A stretch of 10,821 nt of DNA from an uncultured archaeon (GCA_964493715.1 CAZBPC010000083.1:4269-15089); one strand, 5' to 3'. Positions 1 to 8,202 are shown, counted from the stretch's first letter. Numbers and translations: made by a program. Notes: generated by a model not told the origin, from the letters alone.

Positions 1-180
1 GCAGATGTTCCAGGATATGGACAATCAATTATCGATGTTGAAAGGAAATTTAATAAAGCTGCTGGATTTACTAAATTAGATGACAGATTACCAGAATTTT
101 TCTTGAAGGAAAAGTTAGCACCACATAACACTGTTTTCGAAGTAACTGATGCAGAGTTAGATAAAGTTTGGGGATCCTAA
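1..180 (+). CDS. aor: C-terminal fragment of aldehyde:ferredoxin oxidoreductase (tungstopterin AOR family), 5'-truncated by window
   Basis: My frame +1 translation: ADVPGYGQSIIDVERKFNKAAGFTKLDDRLPEFFLKEKLAPHNTVFEVTDAELDKVWGS* (TAA 178-180). ERxFN..AG....DDRLP..F is the typical AOR C-terminus, and moaD-like genes follow as usual. Not in ORF track. Confidence 0.88.
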   Translation, partial: ADVPGYGQSIIDVERKFNKAAGFTKLDDRLPEFFLKEKLAPHNTVFEVTDAELDKVWGS

Positions 181-190
181 ACATTTAAAC

Positions 191-478
191 ATGACAATAC
201 TAGTTAAAATCTTTGGAAATTTGCGAAACAAAATTAAGGATGTGGAATCCGATGGGGCTCTACCACTCACTTTACAGGTCAATTCTGAAAAGATTGAACG
301 TATCTCTGATATACTACAAAAGTTTTCAATTGAAAAAAACGAAACAAGCCATATTTTTGTGAATGGAGTTTATGCGGGATTCAATAAAAAAGTAAAAGAT
401 GGAGATAGAGTGGGATTATTTTCTAAAAATCAAGCTCTTTTATATAAATGGTATTTCAAGAGAGAAGAAGATGACTGA
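191..478 (+). CDS. MoaD/ThiS-like beta-grasp protein lacking the C-terminal Gly-Gly
   Basis: I.VK.FGNLR start, IFVNG and K.K.GDRVGLF match the MoaD/SAMP fold. It ends SKNQALLYKWYFKREEDD instead of PPxxGG. Confidence 0.8.
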   Translation: MTILVKIFGNLRNKIKDVESDGALPLTLQVNSEKIERISDILQKFSIEKNETSHIFVNGVYAGFNKKVKDGDRVGLFSKNQALLYKWYFKREEDD

Positions 479-719
479 AAATAATTCAATCACAGTAACA
501 ATAAAACTATTCGCAAATTTAAGGGAACTGGGTCCAGCCAAGTCTATCGAAAAATTTCAAAAAGATACGAAAGTTCAAGTTATACTAGATAAATATCACT
601 TACCGTTCAATGAAATGAAATTAATCATTCTCATCAATGGTAAACCGCACATTACTCCCGATCACATCCTAAATGATGGAGATGTTCTAGCGATATTCCC
701 TCCTATGGCAGGAGGATAA
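471..719 (+). CDS. moaD: MoaD/SAMP-type ubiquitin-like sulfur carrier (82 aa)
   Basis: VTIKLFANLRE...ILING...LNDGDVLAIFPPMAGG*. Start reassigned from 399 to ATG 471, which overlaps the upstream stop (ATGACTGA). Confidence 0.92.
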   Translation: MTENNSITVTIKLFANLRELGPAKSIEKFQKDTKVQVILDKYHLPFNEMKLIILINGKPHITPDHILNDGDVLAIFPPMAGG

Positions 720-729
720 TTATATAAAC

Positions 730-740
730 TTTTTTTTTTT
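730..740 (+). terminator. Oligo-T (T11) archaeal-type terminator of aor-moaD operon
   Basis: T11 run beginning 11 nt after the moaD stop, in the gap between convergent genes. Confidence 0.6.
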
Positions 741-748
741 ATTATTGG

Positions 749-1684
749 CTAATTTTTTAATTTCCAAAAGGTTTGGTTATTGTAAATTACTTTTTTAATC
801 TTGTTTTGTGATACTAGGATGTTCAATTGAAGTAATATATCTTGTTCATTTAAGTTCTCAGAACAAAATGTTTCAAAAATTTGTTTTTGATTCATTGGAT
901 GTCTTTCAATTAAGTTTTTTAATTCCGTTTCAAAGTTTGAACTAAAAACACTAAAAATTCCTTGCTCAGGAAAATTAATATTATTAAATTCTTCGAAAAC
1001 ATCATTTAAGATCGGAAGAACGTTTTTATCCGGAATTTGTACCCAACTTTCAGTAGGAGGTCTTATTGGAACGTTAATGTCAATTCTATCAGGATTGATT
1101 AAATCGAGCTTATCTTTTATTTTTAATAATTCTTCTTTAGAATCATTAATTCCCTTCATTAACATTATTTCTATCCAGAATTTTCCTTTGAATTCTTTCC
1201 TAAAATCAATATATCCTTGAATCATCGTTTCAAACTTTATGGAGGGATGAGGACGATTTATTTTTATGAATAATTTTTCATCGCCCGCATCTAAAGTAGG
1301 TAATACAACATCACAAATCATTAATGCTTGTTGAACTTCCTTATTGTATAATAAACTTCCATTAGTGATTACACAAATTGGTTTTTTAGAGATATTTTTA
1401 GCAGAGTTTATTAAATCTTTAATGCTTTTATAAAGAGTTGGTTCTCCACTACCAACAAATGTTATGTAATCAGTTTTTTCTTCATTTAATTGGATAAATT
1501 TTTTCATCTCATTTATGATATCAGCTTTTGGAAAAAAATTTTGCCTTGTATTATTAAAATGAGTTGTTTTCCCTAATTGACAATATATACATTGATAATT
1601 ACATGTTTTTGAAGGTAATATATCTATTCCTATTGATCGTCCTAATCTTCTGCTTGGAACGGGGCCATAACAAAATTTCGACAT
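749..1684 (-). CDS. Radical SAM Fe-S protein (GPVPSRRLG family, COG0731-like, function unknown)
   Basis: YGPVPSRRLGRSIGID, CNYQCIYC (CxxxCxxC), TFVGSGEPTL, ITNGSLL. ATG at 1684 or GTG at 1687. Confidence 0.9.
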   Translation of the reverse strand: MSKFCYGPVPSRRLGRSIGIDILPSKTCNYQCIYCQLGKTTHFNNTRQNFFPKADIINEMKKFIQLNEEKTDYITFVGSGEPTLYKSIKDLINSAKNISKKPICVITNGSLLYNKEVQQALMICDVVLPTLDAGDEKLFIKINRPHPSIKFETMIQGYIDFRKEFKGKFWIEIMLMKGINDSKEELLKIKDKLDLINPDRIDINVPIRPPTESWVQIPDKNVLPILNDVFEEFNNINFPEQGIFSVFSSNFETELKNLIERHPMNQKQIFETFCSENLNEQDILLQLNILVSQNKIKKVIYNNQTFWKLKN

Positions 1685-1700
1685 CACATTTTCACTGTTG

Positions 1701-1708
1701 AAAAAAAA
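1701..1708 (-). terminator. T8 tract directly after thioredoxin stop
   Basis: A8 on + strand (T8 on -) abutting the stop at 1709. The gap to the next gene is very short, so read-through is possible. Confidence 0.35.
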
Positions 1709-2113
1709 TTATACTAAATTTATGATTTCCTTTAGTACGTCTTCACTAGTAATCCCTACCATTATCCCTTTTTTTATAAAGGGAAACTCATAAATTTCAA
1801 TATCTTTATTTAGAAGAGAGCCATCTTTAAAAAAAAATAAGGCGGGAATTGTTCTGATATCTAAAATTTGGCTGATTGAGGGATTTTCATCGATGTTAAT
1901 CTTAAAAAAATTTATTAATCCCTCATCTCTGAATTTTTGGAGAATGAGAGTTAATTCTTTGCAAGAATTACACCATTTTGACGTAATAACTACGATCGAA
2001 ATACCTTCTTCTGAATTGTCAATTCCAAAGTTCTTTAAAAGTTCAATATTCGTAAAATCACCATTTTGCACTAAAGAATTATAGTCTATCACATTATATG
2101 AATAATTATTCAT
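1709..2113 (-). CDS. Thioredoxin-family protein (WCNSC)
   Basis: SKWCNSCK CxxC motif, KINIDEN, IRTIPALFFFKDG cis-Pro loop. Confidence 0.9.
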   Translation of the reverse strand: MNNYSYNVIDYNSLVQNGDFTNIELLKNFGIDNSEEGISIVVITSKWCNSCKELTLILQKFRDEGLINFFKINIDENPSISQILDIRTIPALFFFKDGSLLNKDIEIYEFPFIKKGIMVGITSEDVLKEIINLV

Positions 2114-2115
2114 AT
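2096..2115. promoter_or_regulatory. Perfect 20-bp palindrome ATATGAATAATTATTCATAT, candidate repressor operator
   Basis: Self-complementary. Overlaps the trx start codon at a divergent gene pair, and its 16-bp core recurs at 2942-2957. Confidence 0.65.
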
Positions 2116-2152
2116 TAAAATTTTAATTATTACTAATATTATTATTCATATT

Positions 2153-2305
2153 ATGGCAGATGTTAAAATAGAAGTGAATGATAAAGAAATTAAATTAAAC
2201 GAAATAATGAGTAAAGTAATAGTTAACATCGTTGATGGTTTTCTTGACGCATTACACGACATACCAGAAGTAAGGAAAAAGATAAATTTAGAAATAACGG
2301 ATTAA
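2153..2305 (+). CDS. 50-aa small protein resembling the MobB C-terminal extension domain
   Basis: MADVKIEVNDKEIKLNEIMSKVIVNIVDGFLDALHDIPEVRKKINLEITD*. The pattern (I.VN.K.I.LN...K...N...G...L......I.L.I) resembles, from memory, the C-terminal domain of many MobB proteins. Not in the ORF track. Confidence 0.7.
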   Translation: MADVKIEVNDKEIKLNEIMSKVIVNIVDGFLDALHDIPEVRKKINLEITD

Positions 2306-2426
2306 TGATTCGTAGGATTTTAGAGGATAGAATTTTCCATAAAGAAGTTACTGGATATGAAAAATATGCACAGTAAATTAAAAAGTGGTTAATTCCAATA
2401 ATTTGGTAGATGGTAATTTATAGCCC

Positions 2427-2867
2427 TTAATGTTTTTGGTGTTTATATTTTTTAATAGCTTTCCTTAGAGTCCTGACAGATAATTCTGCGCAATGTTTAT
2501 GATTATCGGGTAATCCTCTTAAGGCTTTATCCACTTCTTCAGGGCTCAAGTTCTCAGCATATTTCAAAGTTTTTCCTTCAATTAACATCGTTGTTTGACT
2601 GGCAGTTGCAACAGAAGCACCACATCCATCGGTAATAAATTTTGCATTAGTAATGATATCATTTTCGATTTTTAAAAAAAAATTCATTGTATCACCACAA
2701 GATCCAGTGTAAGTCTGCGAAACAGTTATATCATTTTCAGATGGTTTTCCCCAATTTTTAGGATTATGGAATAATTCAACAATATATTCATTATATTCTT
2801 CCTTTTCTTTCTCAATTATTTCTTTTTGGAGATTTTCTACAAAATCATCAAAATTATCTGAAGGCAT
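2427..2867 (-). CDS. iscU: IscU/NifU N-terminal-domain Fe-S cluster scaffold protein
   Basis: FHNPKNWG, GSCGDTM, TDGCGAS, HKHCAEL: the three conserved Cys and the Asp of U-type scaffolds. Confidence 0.92.
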   Translation of the reverse strand: MPSDNFDDFVENLQKEIIEKEKEEYNEYIVELFHNPKNWGKPSENDITVSQTYTGSCGDTMNFFLKIENDIITNAKFITDGCGASVATASQTTMLIEGKTLKYAENLSPEEVDKALRGLPDNHKHCAELSVRTLRKAIKKYKHQKH

Positions 2868-2941
2868 GGTAGGTTCAGAACTTAATTATTAGTAAAGAAT
2901 AATGTTTAACACATATTATAAAGAATATAATTCACTTTTTA

Positions 2942-2957
2942 ATGAATAATTATTCAT
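2942..2957. promoter_or_regulatory. Perfect 16-bp palindrome ATGAATAATTATTCAT in the iscU / nifX-like divergent promoter
   Basis: Identical to the core of 2096-2115 and about 20 nt from a TATA-like TTATAAAG at 2916-2923. Confidence 0.65.
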
Positions 2958-3025
2958 AATATTTATATTTTACAACTGATTACTATTCTTCAATAGAAAA
3001 ATAAGATAAATAGGTTAAAGAAAAA

Positions 3026-3427
3026 TTGAAAATTGCAATAAGTACAGATTCGGGTCAAGTATGTCCTCATTTTGGTCGTGCGCCAGAATTTACCTTCATA
3101 ACTATTGAGAATAGTGAAATAATTGGGAAAGAAGTTCTCCCAAATCCCGGGCATACAGTAGGAAGCATTCCAAAATTCTTGAGCGAACAGGGAGCTAACT
3201 ACATCATTTCGGGTGGAATGGGTAGTAGAGCAGTCCAATTCTTCAATCAGTATAACATAGAAGTTATAACGGGGGTTGAAGGTAGTATTGATAGTGTAAT
3301 AAAAGAATTCATAAATGGAACATTAGAAGGTACAGATGGTATTTGCACTCCTGGAGCGGGTAAAGGATATGGAATCGAAAAAATCCATACTGAAGCTGAT
3401 GATGATCAAGAACAACACCATCATTAA
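3026..3427 (+). CDS. NifB/NifX-family (Nitro_FeMo-Co, COG1433) metal-cluster-binding protein
   Basis: KIAI...VCPHFGRAPEF, IISGGMGSRA, IEVITGVEG. C-terminal Cys plus acidic/His tail. TTG start. Confidence 0.9.
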   Translation: MKIAISTDSGQVCPHFGRAPEFTFITIENSEIIGKEVLPNPGHTVGSIPKFLSEQGANYIISGGMGSRAVQFFNQYNIEVITGVEGSIDSVIKEFINGTLEGTDGICTPGAGKGYGIEKIHTEADDDQEQHHH

Positions 3428-3482
3428 ATACAACTTTAATGAGTATTATTAAATTATTATTATTATTAATACACTTGAAATC

Positions 3483-4727
3483 TTGACAGATACTGGTAAA
3501 GACGGGATTAGATTGAAGTTTTATGAAAATTTATTATTTATCAACATAATTCTTTTAATCATAAGTATTTCTCTATTCGTCTTTAAACTCGTGTTTAGTA
3601 TGCTTACTAATAGCATAGCACTCCAAGCGGATGCTTTTGATAGCATGACTGATATCGTTATCTATCTATCTGGTATAATTGGGTTTGTTTTTGCTAATAA
3701 GAAACCAAATGAAAAATTTCCATATGGGTATTATAAAATAGAGAACATAATAAGTCTCATTATCTCTCTATTCATTTTTTTGACAGCTTATAACATTATA
3801 GTTCAAGGATTTAAAGATATAATCAATTATTTCAATGGAATTCCAAAATTAACTTTTTTTTTAAATGATGTGTTTATTTTCTTAGTGATCTCATTAACTT
3901 TATCACTATCAATAACAATTTACTTGAAATACGTGTCCAAGAGAACTAATTCACCAATTCTTAAATCTGAAGCAAATGAAAAAATGTCGGATATATTTAT
4001 TTCTTTATCAGTTTTAATAGGTTTTATTGGAATTTTGTTTAATTTCAACCTTTTAGATTCCATTTTTGGTTTAATCATTGTTATTTTCATCATCAAGGCT
4101 GGATACGATATTTTTATCGTGTCCATAAGAACATTACTCGATGCAGTCATAGACTTTGAAAATCGGTCAGAACTCTATAAAATGATCGAAAACGCTCCAA
4201 AAATTAAAAAAATTAAAAAGTTAGATGTTAGAGCTTATGGTAGGTTTATATTTTTAGAATTAGAGCTCATTCTAAATAAAAATTTTCCATTATCTCAAAT
4301 CAATTCTCTAAAAAACAAGTTAAGAATGGAGATCACACAAAAATTCCCCCTAATTCTCAAAATTATAATCATCATTGATAATGCTGAAAAATATGAAACG
4401 AAAATTGCTGTGCCTTTAAGAGATTCGCAAGGGTTAAATTCAAAAATCTCTGATCATTTTGGAGAAAGTCCATTTTTTGGATTTTTGGAATTTCAAGAAG
4501 GTAATTTTTTAAAATTAGAGATTGTGAAAAATGAATTTATCAATCAAGCAAAAAGAAAAGGAATTCTAATATCAGATTGGCTCAGTACACAAAAAGTTGA
4601 TAAAGTATATGTTAAAAATGAATTAAAAAAAGGACCTTCTCTAATATTTGAAAATAATTTTGTAGAAATAATAATAATTGATTTTGAAACATTAAACAAC
4701 ATATTACAAATCGAAAAGGACAAATAA
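3483..4727 (+). CDS. Cation diffusion facilitator (FieF-like) fused to C-terminal NifB/NifX domain
   Basis: SIALQADAFDSMTD, KPNEKFPYGYYKIEN, hydrophobic TM segments. From about aa 307, KIAVPL...ISDHFGESPFF marks a NifX-like domain. TTG start is uncertain. Confidence 0.9.
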   Translation: MTDTGKDGIRLKFYENLLFINIILLIISISLFVFKLVFSMLTNSIALQADAFDSMTDIVIYLSGIIGFVFANKKPNEKFPYGYYKIENIISLIISLFIFLTAYNIIVQGFKDIINYFNGIPKLTFFLNDVFIFLVISLTLSLSITIYLKYVSKRTNSPILKSEANEKMSDIFISLSVLIGFIGILFNFNLLDSIFGLIIVIFIIKAGYDIFIVSIRTLLDAVIDFENRSELYKMIENAPKIKKIKKLDVRAYGRFIFLELELILNKNFPLSQINSLKNKLRMEITQKFPLILKIIIIIDNAEKYETKIAVPLRDSQGLNSKISDHFGESPFFGFLEFQEGNFLKLEIVKNEFINQAKRKGILISDWLSTQKVDKVYVKNELKKGPSLIFENNFVEIIIIDFETLNNILQIEKDK

Positions 4728-4768
4728 ACAATTGATTTTAGCTTCCCAAAAATTTAATGATTAATACC

Positions 4769-4776
4769 AAAAAAAA
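4769..4776 (-). terminator. T8 tract downstream of cdc48
   Basis: A8 on + strand, 14 nt past the cdc48 stop, in the convergent intergenic gap. Confidence 0.45.
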
Positions 4777-4789
4777 GAATTGATTTAAA

Positions 4790-7072
4790 TTATCTATAAA
4801 AGTCACTTGGTGTGTCTTTAATCTGATCTTTATAAGACTTTTTAGCCTTATCAGCGCCTAGCTTGATCTTATCGATCGCTACTTCGAATTCATCTTGGGA
4901 AATAAAAACAGTTTTATAAGATTCAGGATCTAAGATGTTGATATTTTTATCTTTAACGGCTCTTCGAATTGCTAATAATGTTGCTTCTTCACATATTGCT
5001 TTGATGTCAGCACCCGTATAGCCTTCTAATAATTCTGCAAGTTTTTCAACATCAATATTTTGATTTACAGGTCGATTCGAAAGATGGATTTTGAAGATTT
5101 CAATTCTTGATGTCTTATTTGGCAATGGAACCTCTATATGTCTTCCAAAACGTCCTGAGCGCAGTAACGCAGGATCTAATAAATCAGGTCGGTTTGTTGC
5201 AGCAATGAGTACAACATTGTGTAATTCTTCTAAACCATCCATTTCTGTTAATAATTGTGCAACTACTTGTTCAACAACATGAGAGCCAGATCCTTCTGAT
5301 CTTTTTACCGCAATAGCATCAATCTCATCAAAAAAAATGATACAAGGTGCTGCAGCTCGTGCTTTTCTAAATGTTTCTCTTACGGCTTTTGCACTATCTC
5401 CAACCCATTTTGATAAAAATTCCGGACCCTTAATCGAGATGAAATTTATTTCTGTTTCATGAGCGAGTGCTTTAACCATCAATGTTTTTCCCGCCCCTGG
5501 AACTCCAAATAGCAAAATTCCATTAGGTGGTTTGGATTTCATATGATCATAAAATCCCGGATAGATAAATGGCCATTCAATAGTTTCTCTTAATTGTTGC
5601 TTGGCTTCTTCTAATCCTCCAATTTCATCCCATGTTTCGTTTGGTTGAGTAATCATTACTTCTCTTAATGCTGAGGGCTCAATTGAATTTAGAGCTTCAA
5701 TTAGATGATTCATTTTGATATTAAGTTTATTTAAGATTGTCTCAGGTATTGGTTTATCCAAATCAATTTCGGGAATTATTTCTCGAATTGCTAATAAAGC
5801 AGCTTCTTTACATAAAGATTTGATATCAGCACCAACAAATCCATGAGTTTTTTCAGCGATTATTTTTAAATCGACGTCATTTTTTAAAGGCATTCCGCGA
5901 GTATGAATCTGCAAAATTTCATAACGTCCTTTCGTATCCGGGACTTTTATTTCAATTTCTCTATCGAATCGACCAGGTCTTCTTAGGGCAACATCAATGT
6001 TATTGATTTTATTTGTGGCAGCTATGACGATGATTTCACCTCTATTATTTAACCCATCCATAAGAGAAAGTAATTGAGCTACAACTCGAGATTCTACTTG
6101 ATTTTTTCCATCTTCCCTTTTTGGAGCAATTGAATCGAGTTCATCAAGAAAAATTATGGAGGGCGCGTTCATTATCCCCTCTTCAAAAATTCTTCTTAAA
6201 TTTTCTTCACTCTGTCCAAAAAACTTACTCATAATTTCAGGTCCGCTAATACTGATGAAATGGGCATCAGTTTCATAAGCAACTGCTTTTGCTAATAATG
6301 TTTTCCCCGTACCTGGTGGTCCATGAAGCAAAACTCCTTTAGGAGCTTCGATTCCAATTCTTTCAAATAATTCAGGATGACGAAGAGGTAATTCAATTAT
6401 CTCGCGAATTTTTTGAATTGAAAGTGCTAATCCTCCAATATCTTCATAAGTAATATCTTCATAATTAATTTTTTGTAGTTTTTCTTCCAATACACCTCTC
6501 CCAGCTGTTCTGATAGATGGACGTCTTAACTCAGTATAAGCTACATTAGATTTTTCACTAAATAATATTTTAGTGTTAAAATTTATTTTCACAGCGTCTA
6601 ATTCTGGTTTAAAATCTAAAACAACCAAATCAATCCTACGTGCCATTGCATAAAAGCTTAAAATGTCCCCTTTAGTGACAACCCTTTTCTCAAGTTTTCG
6701 TGCTAATGCTTGGGGATCTCTTGGTATTAACGAAAGTCCACTAAAAGTTATACTTTCAGCTTCACTTGCTTCAATTTTCTTAATTTCAACAAGATCATCA
6801 ATTGAAGCTCCCAGATTCTTACGTAACGATGGATCCAATCTAACTATATTCGTTTCTTTATCTTCATTTTTTCCTGTATGTAGTACTGCTACTGTATTTT
6901 TATTAGTAAAAGGATGCACGATTTTAATTATATCCCCAACTTTAAAATTCAGTTCATTGGTTACATGCGGATCAATTCGGATTATACCTCTTCCTGCATC
7001 TTCTTTAAAAGCATCTTTTATTCGTACTTTTCTAGGATTTTCTTGATACAATTTAATCCCAACCATTCTCAT
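4790..7072 (-). CDS. cdc48: Cdc48/p97/VAT type II AAA+ ATPase
   Basis: N-domain ([10 protein letters not shown]), D1 GPPGTGKT / IIFLDELD / RRPGRFDR, D2 GVPGAGKT / IIFFDEID / LLRSGRFG, C-terminal FYR. GAGGG spacing favours the second ATG at 7066. Confidence 0.97.
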   Translation of the reverse strand: MRMVGIKLYQENPRKVRIKDAFKEDAGRGIIRIDPHVTNELNFKVGDIIKIVHPFTNKNTVAVLHTGKNEDKETNIVRLDPSLRKNLGASIDDLVEIKKIEASEAESITFSGLSLIPRDPQALARKLEKRVVTKGDILSFYAMARRIDLVVLDFKPELDAVKINFNTKILFSEKSNVAYTELRRPSIRTAGRGVLEEKLQKINYEDITYEDIGGLALSIQKIREIIELPLRHPELFERIGIEAPKGVLLHGPPGTGKTLLAKAVAYETDAHFISISGPEIMSKFFGQSEENLRRIFEEGIMNAPSIIFLDELDSIAPKREDGKNQVESRVVAQLLSLMDGLNNRGEIIVIAATNKINNIDVALRRPGRFDREIEIKVPDTKGRYEILQIHTRGMPLKNDVDLKIIAEKTHGFVGADIKSLCKEAALLAIREIIPEIDLDKPIPETILNKLNIKMNHLIEALNSIEPSALREVMITQPNETWDEIGGLEEAKQQLRETIEWPFIYPGFYDHMKSKPPNGILLFGVPGAGKTLMVKALAHETEINFISIKGPEFLSKWVGDSAKAVRETFRKARAAAPCIIFFDEIDAIAVKRSEGSGSHVVEQVVAQLLTEMDGLEELHNVVLIAATNRPDLLDPALLRSGRFGRHIEVPLPNKTSRIEIFKIHLSNRPVNQNIDVEKLAELLEGYTGADIKAICEEATLLAIRRAVKDKNINILDPESYKTVFISQDEFEVAIDKIKLGADKAKKSYKDQIKDTPSDFYR

Positions 7073-7080
7073 CCCTCTAT

Positions 7081-7110
7081 TTTGTAATAATTTGTAATAA
7101 TTTGTAATAA
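7081..7110. repeat. Perfect 10-bp tandem repeat (TTTGTAATAA)x3
   Basis: Directly visible in the mtd-cdc48 intergenic gap, just upstream of the cdc48 RBS. Confidence 0.95.
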
Positions 7111-7136
7111 AAAATAAAAAAATTAAAAGTAATGAG

Positions 7137-8156
7137 TTACTCTCTTTCTAATAACGTTTTGGCTACATTAAAAGCGTAATTATAGTCATATATTTTTAAA
7201 CCCTTGGACTCGACAGCTTCTTTAAGAATTTGTCCTTCTACATTGGCTTTAAGGCGTCCTAACGCTAAAGCTCCAATTCCAAAAATTCCTGGATAAATCT
7301 CATCATTATCGTGCTTTGGTTTTATTCCTTCAATACCATATGGTGGGACTAAATTAATATCAACCACAATTTTCTTTTGATCATTTGAGATTCTTTCCAT
7401 TAAGTCCCTAGATAAAATCTCTACACCAGCTGCAGCTAATGACCAGATTACATCAGCATCTTTAGCTATTTGATATCTTTCTTCTGGATCTGGAGCAAAT
7501 ATTCCCTTAATTTGAATTGCTTCCTCTCCTGCCTCTTCATTTAATTCCTCTATAAATTTCTTTAAAAATTCTTTATTTGATTTATCCCATGTTTCGACTA
7601 AGAAAACTTGACCTCCAATTTTAGCTCCCAATATTGCTGCTATTCTTGCTACTGGCCCTGCTCCAAATATGACAATTTTTTTGTTTTTGATCGATTCATT
7701 TCCATATTTCTCTTGCATATCATGATTAGTTTTCGCTACAACAGCAGATGCCGTTGTATGTGAACCCCGTGGATCAATAATTACAGGACATTCAAAGGGA
7801 GGAACTAATGATTTTATTACTTCTTTGGCAATTTTTTCTCCTTCCTTTACATTTGAACCACCTATAAAAAAGGTTGTTGGTGCTTTTGGTTTACGGGAGA
7901 AAATTGCATCCTGAACCAGTTTAGGAACTTGATCAACTGTCATTTTACTTATAGGAACTACAATATCAAATCCAGCATCATATGCCATATTAATATCGAA
8001 AGGTGAAGCAATGTCGTCCGTGTCAAAGAAGAAACAAATCTTATCCGATAAATCTGCTTTTTTAATTTTAATTGGTGTCAATTCCAATATGGTTTTTTTT
8101 CCCAAAATACTCTCTATTTGACGATTTAACTCTTTTTCTTGTGTAATTTTACTCAT
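7137..8156 (-). CDS. mtdB: NAD(P)-dependent methylene-tetrahydromethanopterin dehydrogenase (MtdA/MtdB family)
   Basis: FDTD..ASPFDINMAYDAGFD, LVQDAIFSR, FIGG, VPPF, DPRGSHTTASA, Rossmann GAGPVA, DINLVPPYGIEG, GIGALALG.LK: a full set of Mtd family motifs. The A/B/C subtype is not resolved. Confidence 0.88.
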   Translation of the reverse strand: MSKITQEKELNRQIESILGKKTILELTPIKIKKADLSDKICFFFDTDDIASPFDINMAYDAGFDIVVPISKMTVDQVPKLVQDAIFSRKPKAPTTFFIGGSNVKEGEKIAKEVIKSLVPPFECPVIIDPRGSHTTASAVVAKTNHDMQEKYGNESIKNKKIVIFGAGPVARIAAILGAKIGGQVFLVETWDKSNKEFLKKFIEELNEEAGEEAIQIKGIFAPDPEERYQIAKDADVIWSLAAAGVEILSRDLMERISNDQKKIVVDINLVPPYGIEGIKPKHDNDEIYPGIFGIGALALGRLKANVEGQILKEAVESKGLKIYDYNYAFNVAKTLLERE

Positions 8157-8202
8157 CTCCTACATATTTTATAAGTTTAATATGGTAAATTAAAAAAATT
8201 AA

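Noticed and set aside
399-470. N-terminal extension of the ORF-track 399..719 protein
   Set aside because: Overlaps the upstream gene out of frame. MoaD homology starts only after ATG 471, which is coupled to the upstream stop.
749-1684. Calling the radical SAM protein Taw1/TYW1 wyosine synthase
   Set aside because: Same COG label, but I do not see the Taw1 N-terminal auxiliary-cluster motifs. Function left unassigned.
1893-2084. 63-aa + strand ORF
   Set aside because: Antisense shadow of the thioredoxin with no motifs.
2305-2376. 23-aa ORF MIRRILEDRIFHKEVTGYEKYAQ overlapping the 50-aa ORF stop (TAATG)
   Set aside because: Too short and no recognisable motif. The coupling is suggestive but cannot be supported without conservation data.
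3438-3470. ATGAGTATTATT / (TAT)n stretch as a third operator copy
   Set aside because: Only a weak half-match in low-complexity AT sequence, expected by chance.
2990-4150. Minus-strand ORFs 2990..3238 and 3920..4150
   Set aside because: Antisense to the well-supported NifX-like and CDF genes.
2427-4727. Nitrogen fixation cluster
   Set aside because: NifU/NifX-like domains are widespread in non-diazotrophic anaerobes and no nifHDK is present in the window.
5091-7046. Plus-strand ORFs 5091..5282 and 6663..7046
   Set aside because: Antisense shadows of cdc48.
7081-7110. CRISPR array
   Set aside because: 10-bp units without spacers and no cas genes.
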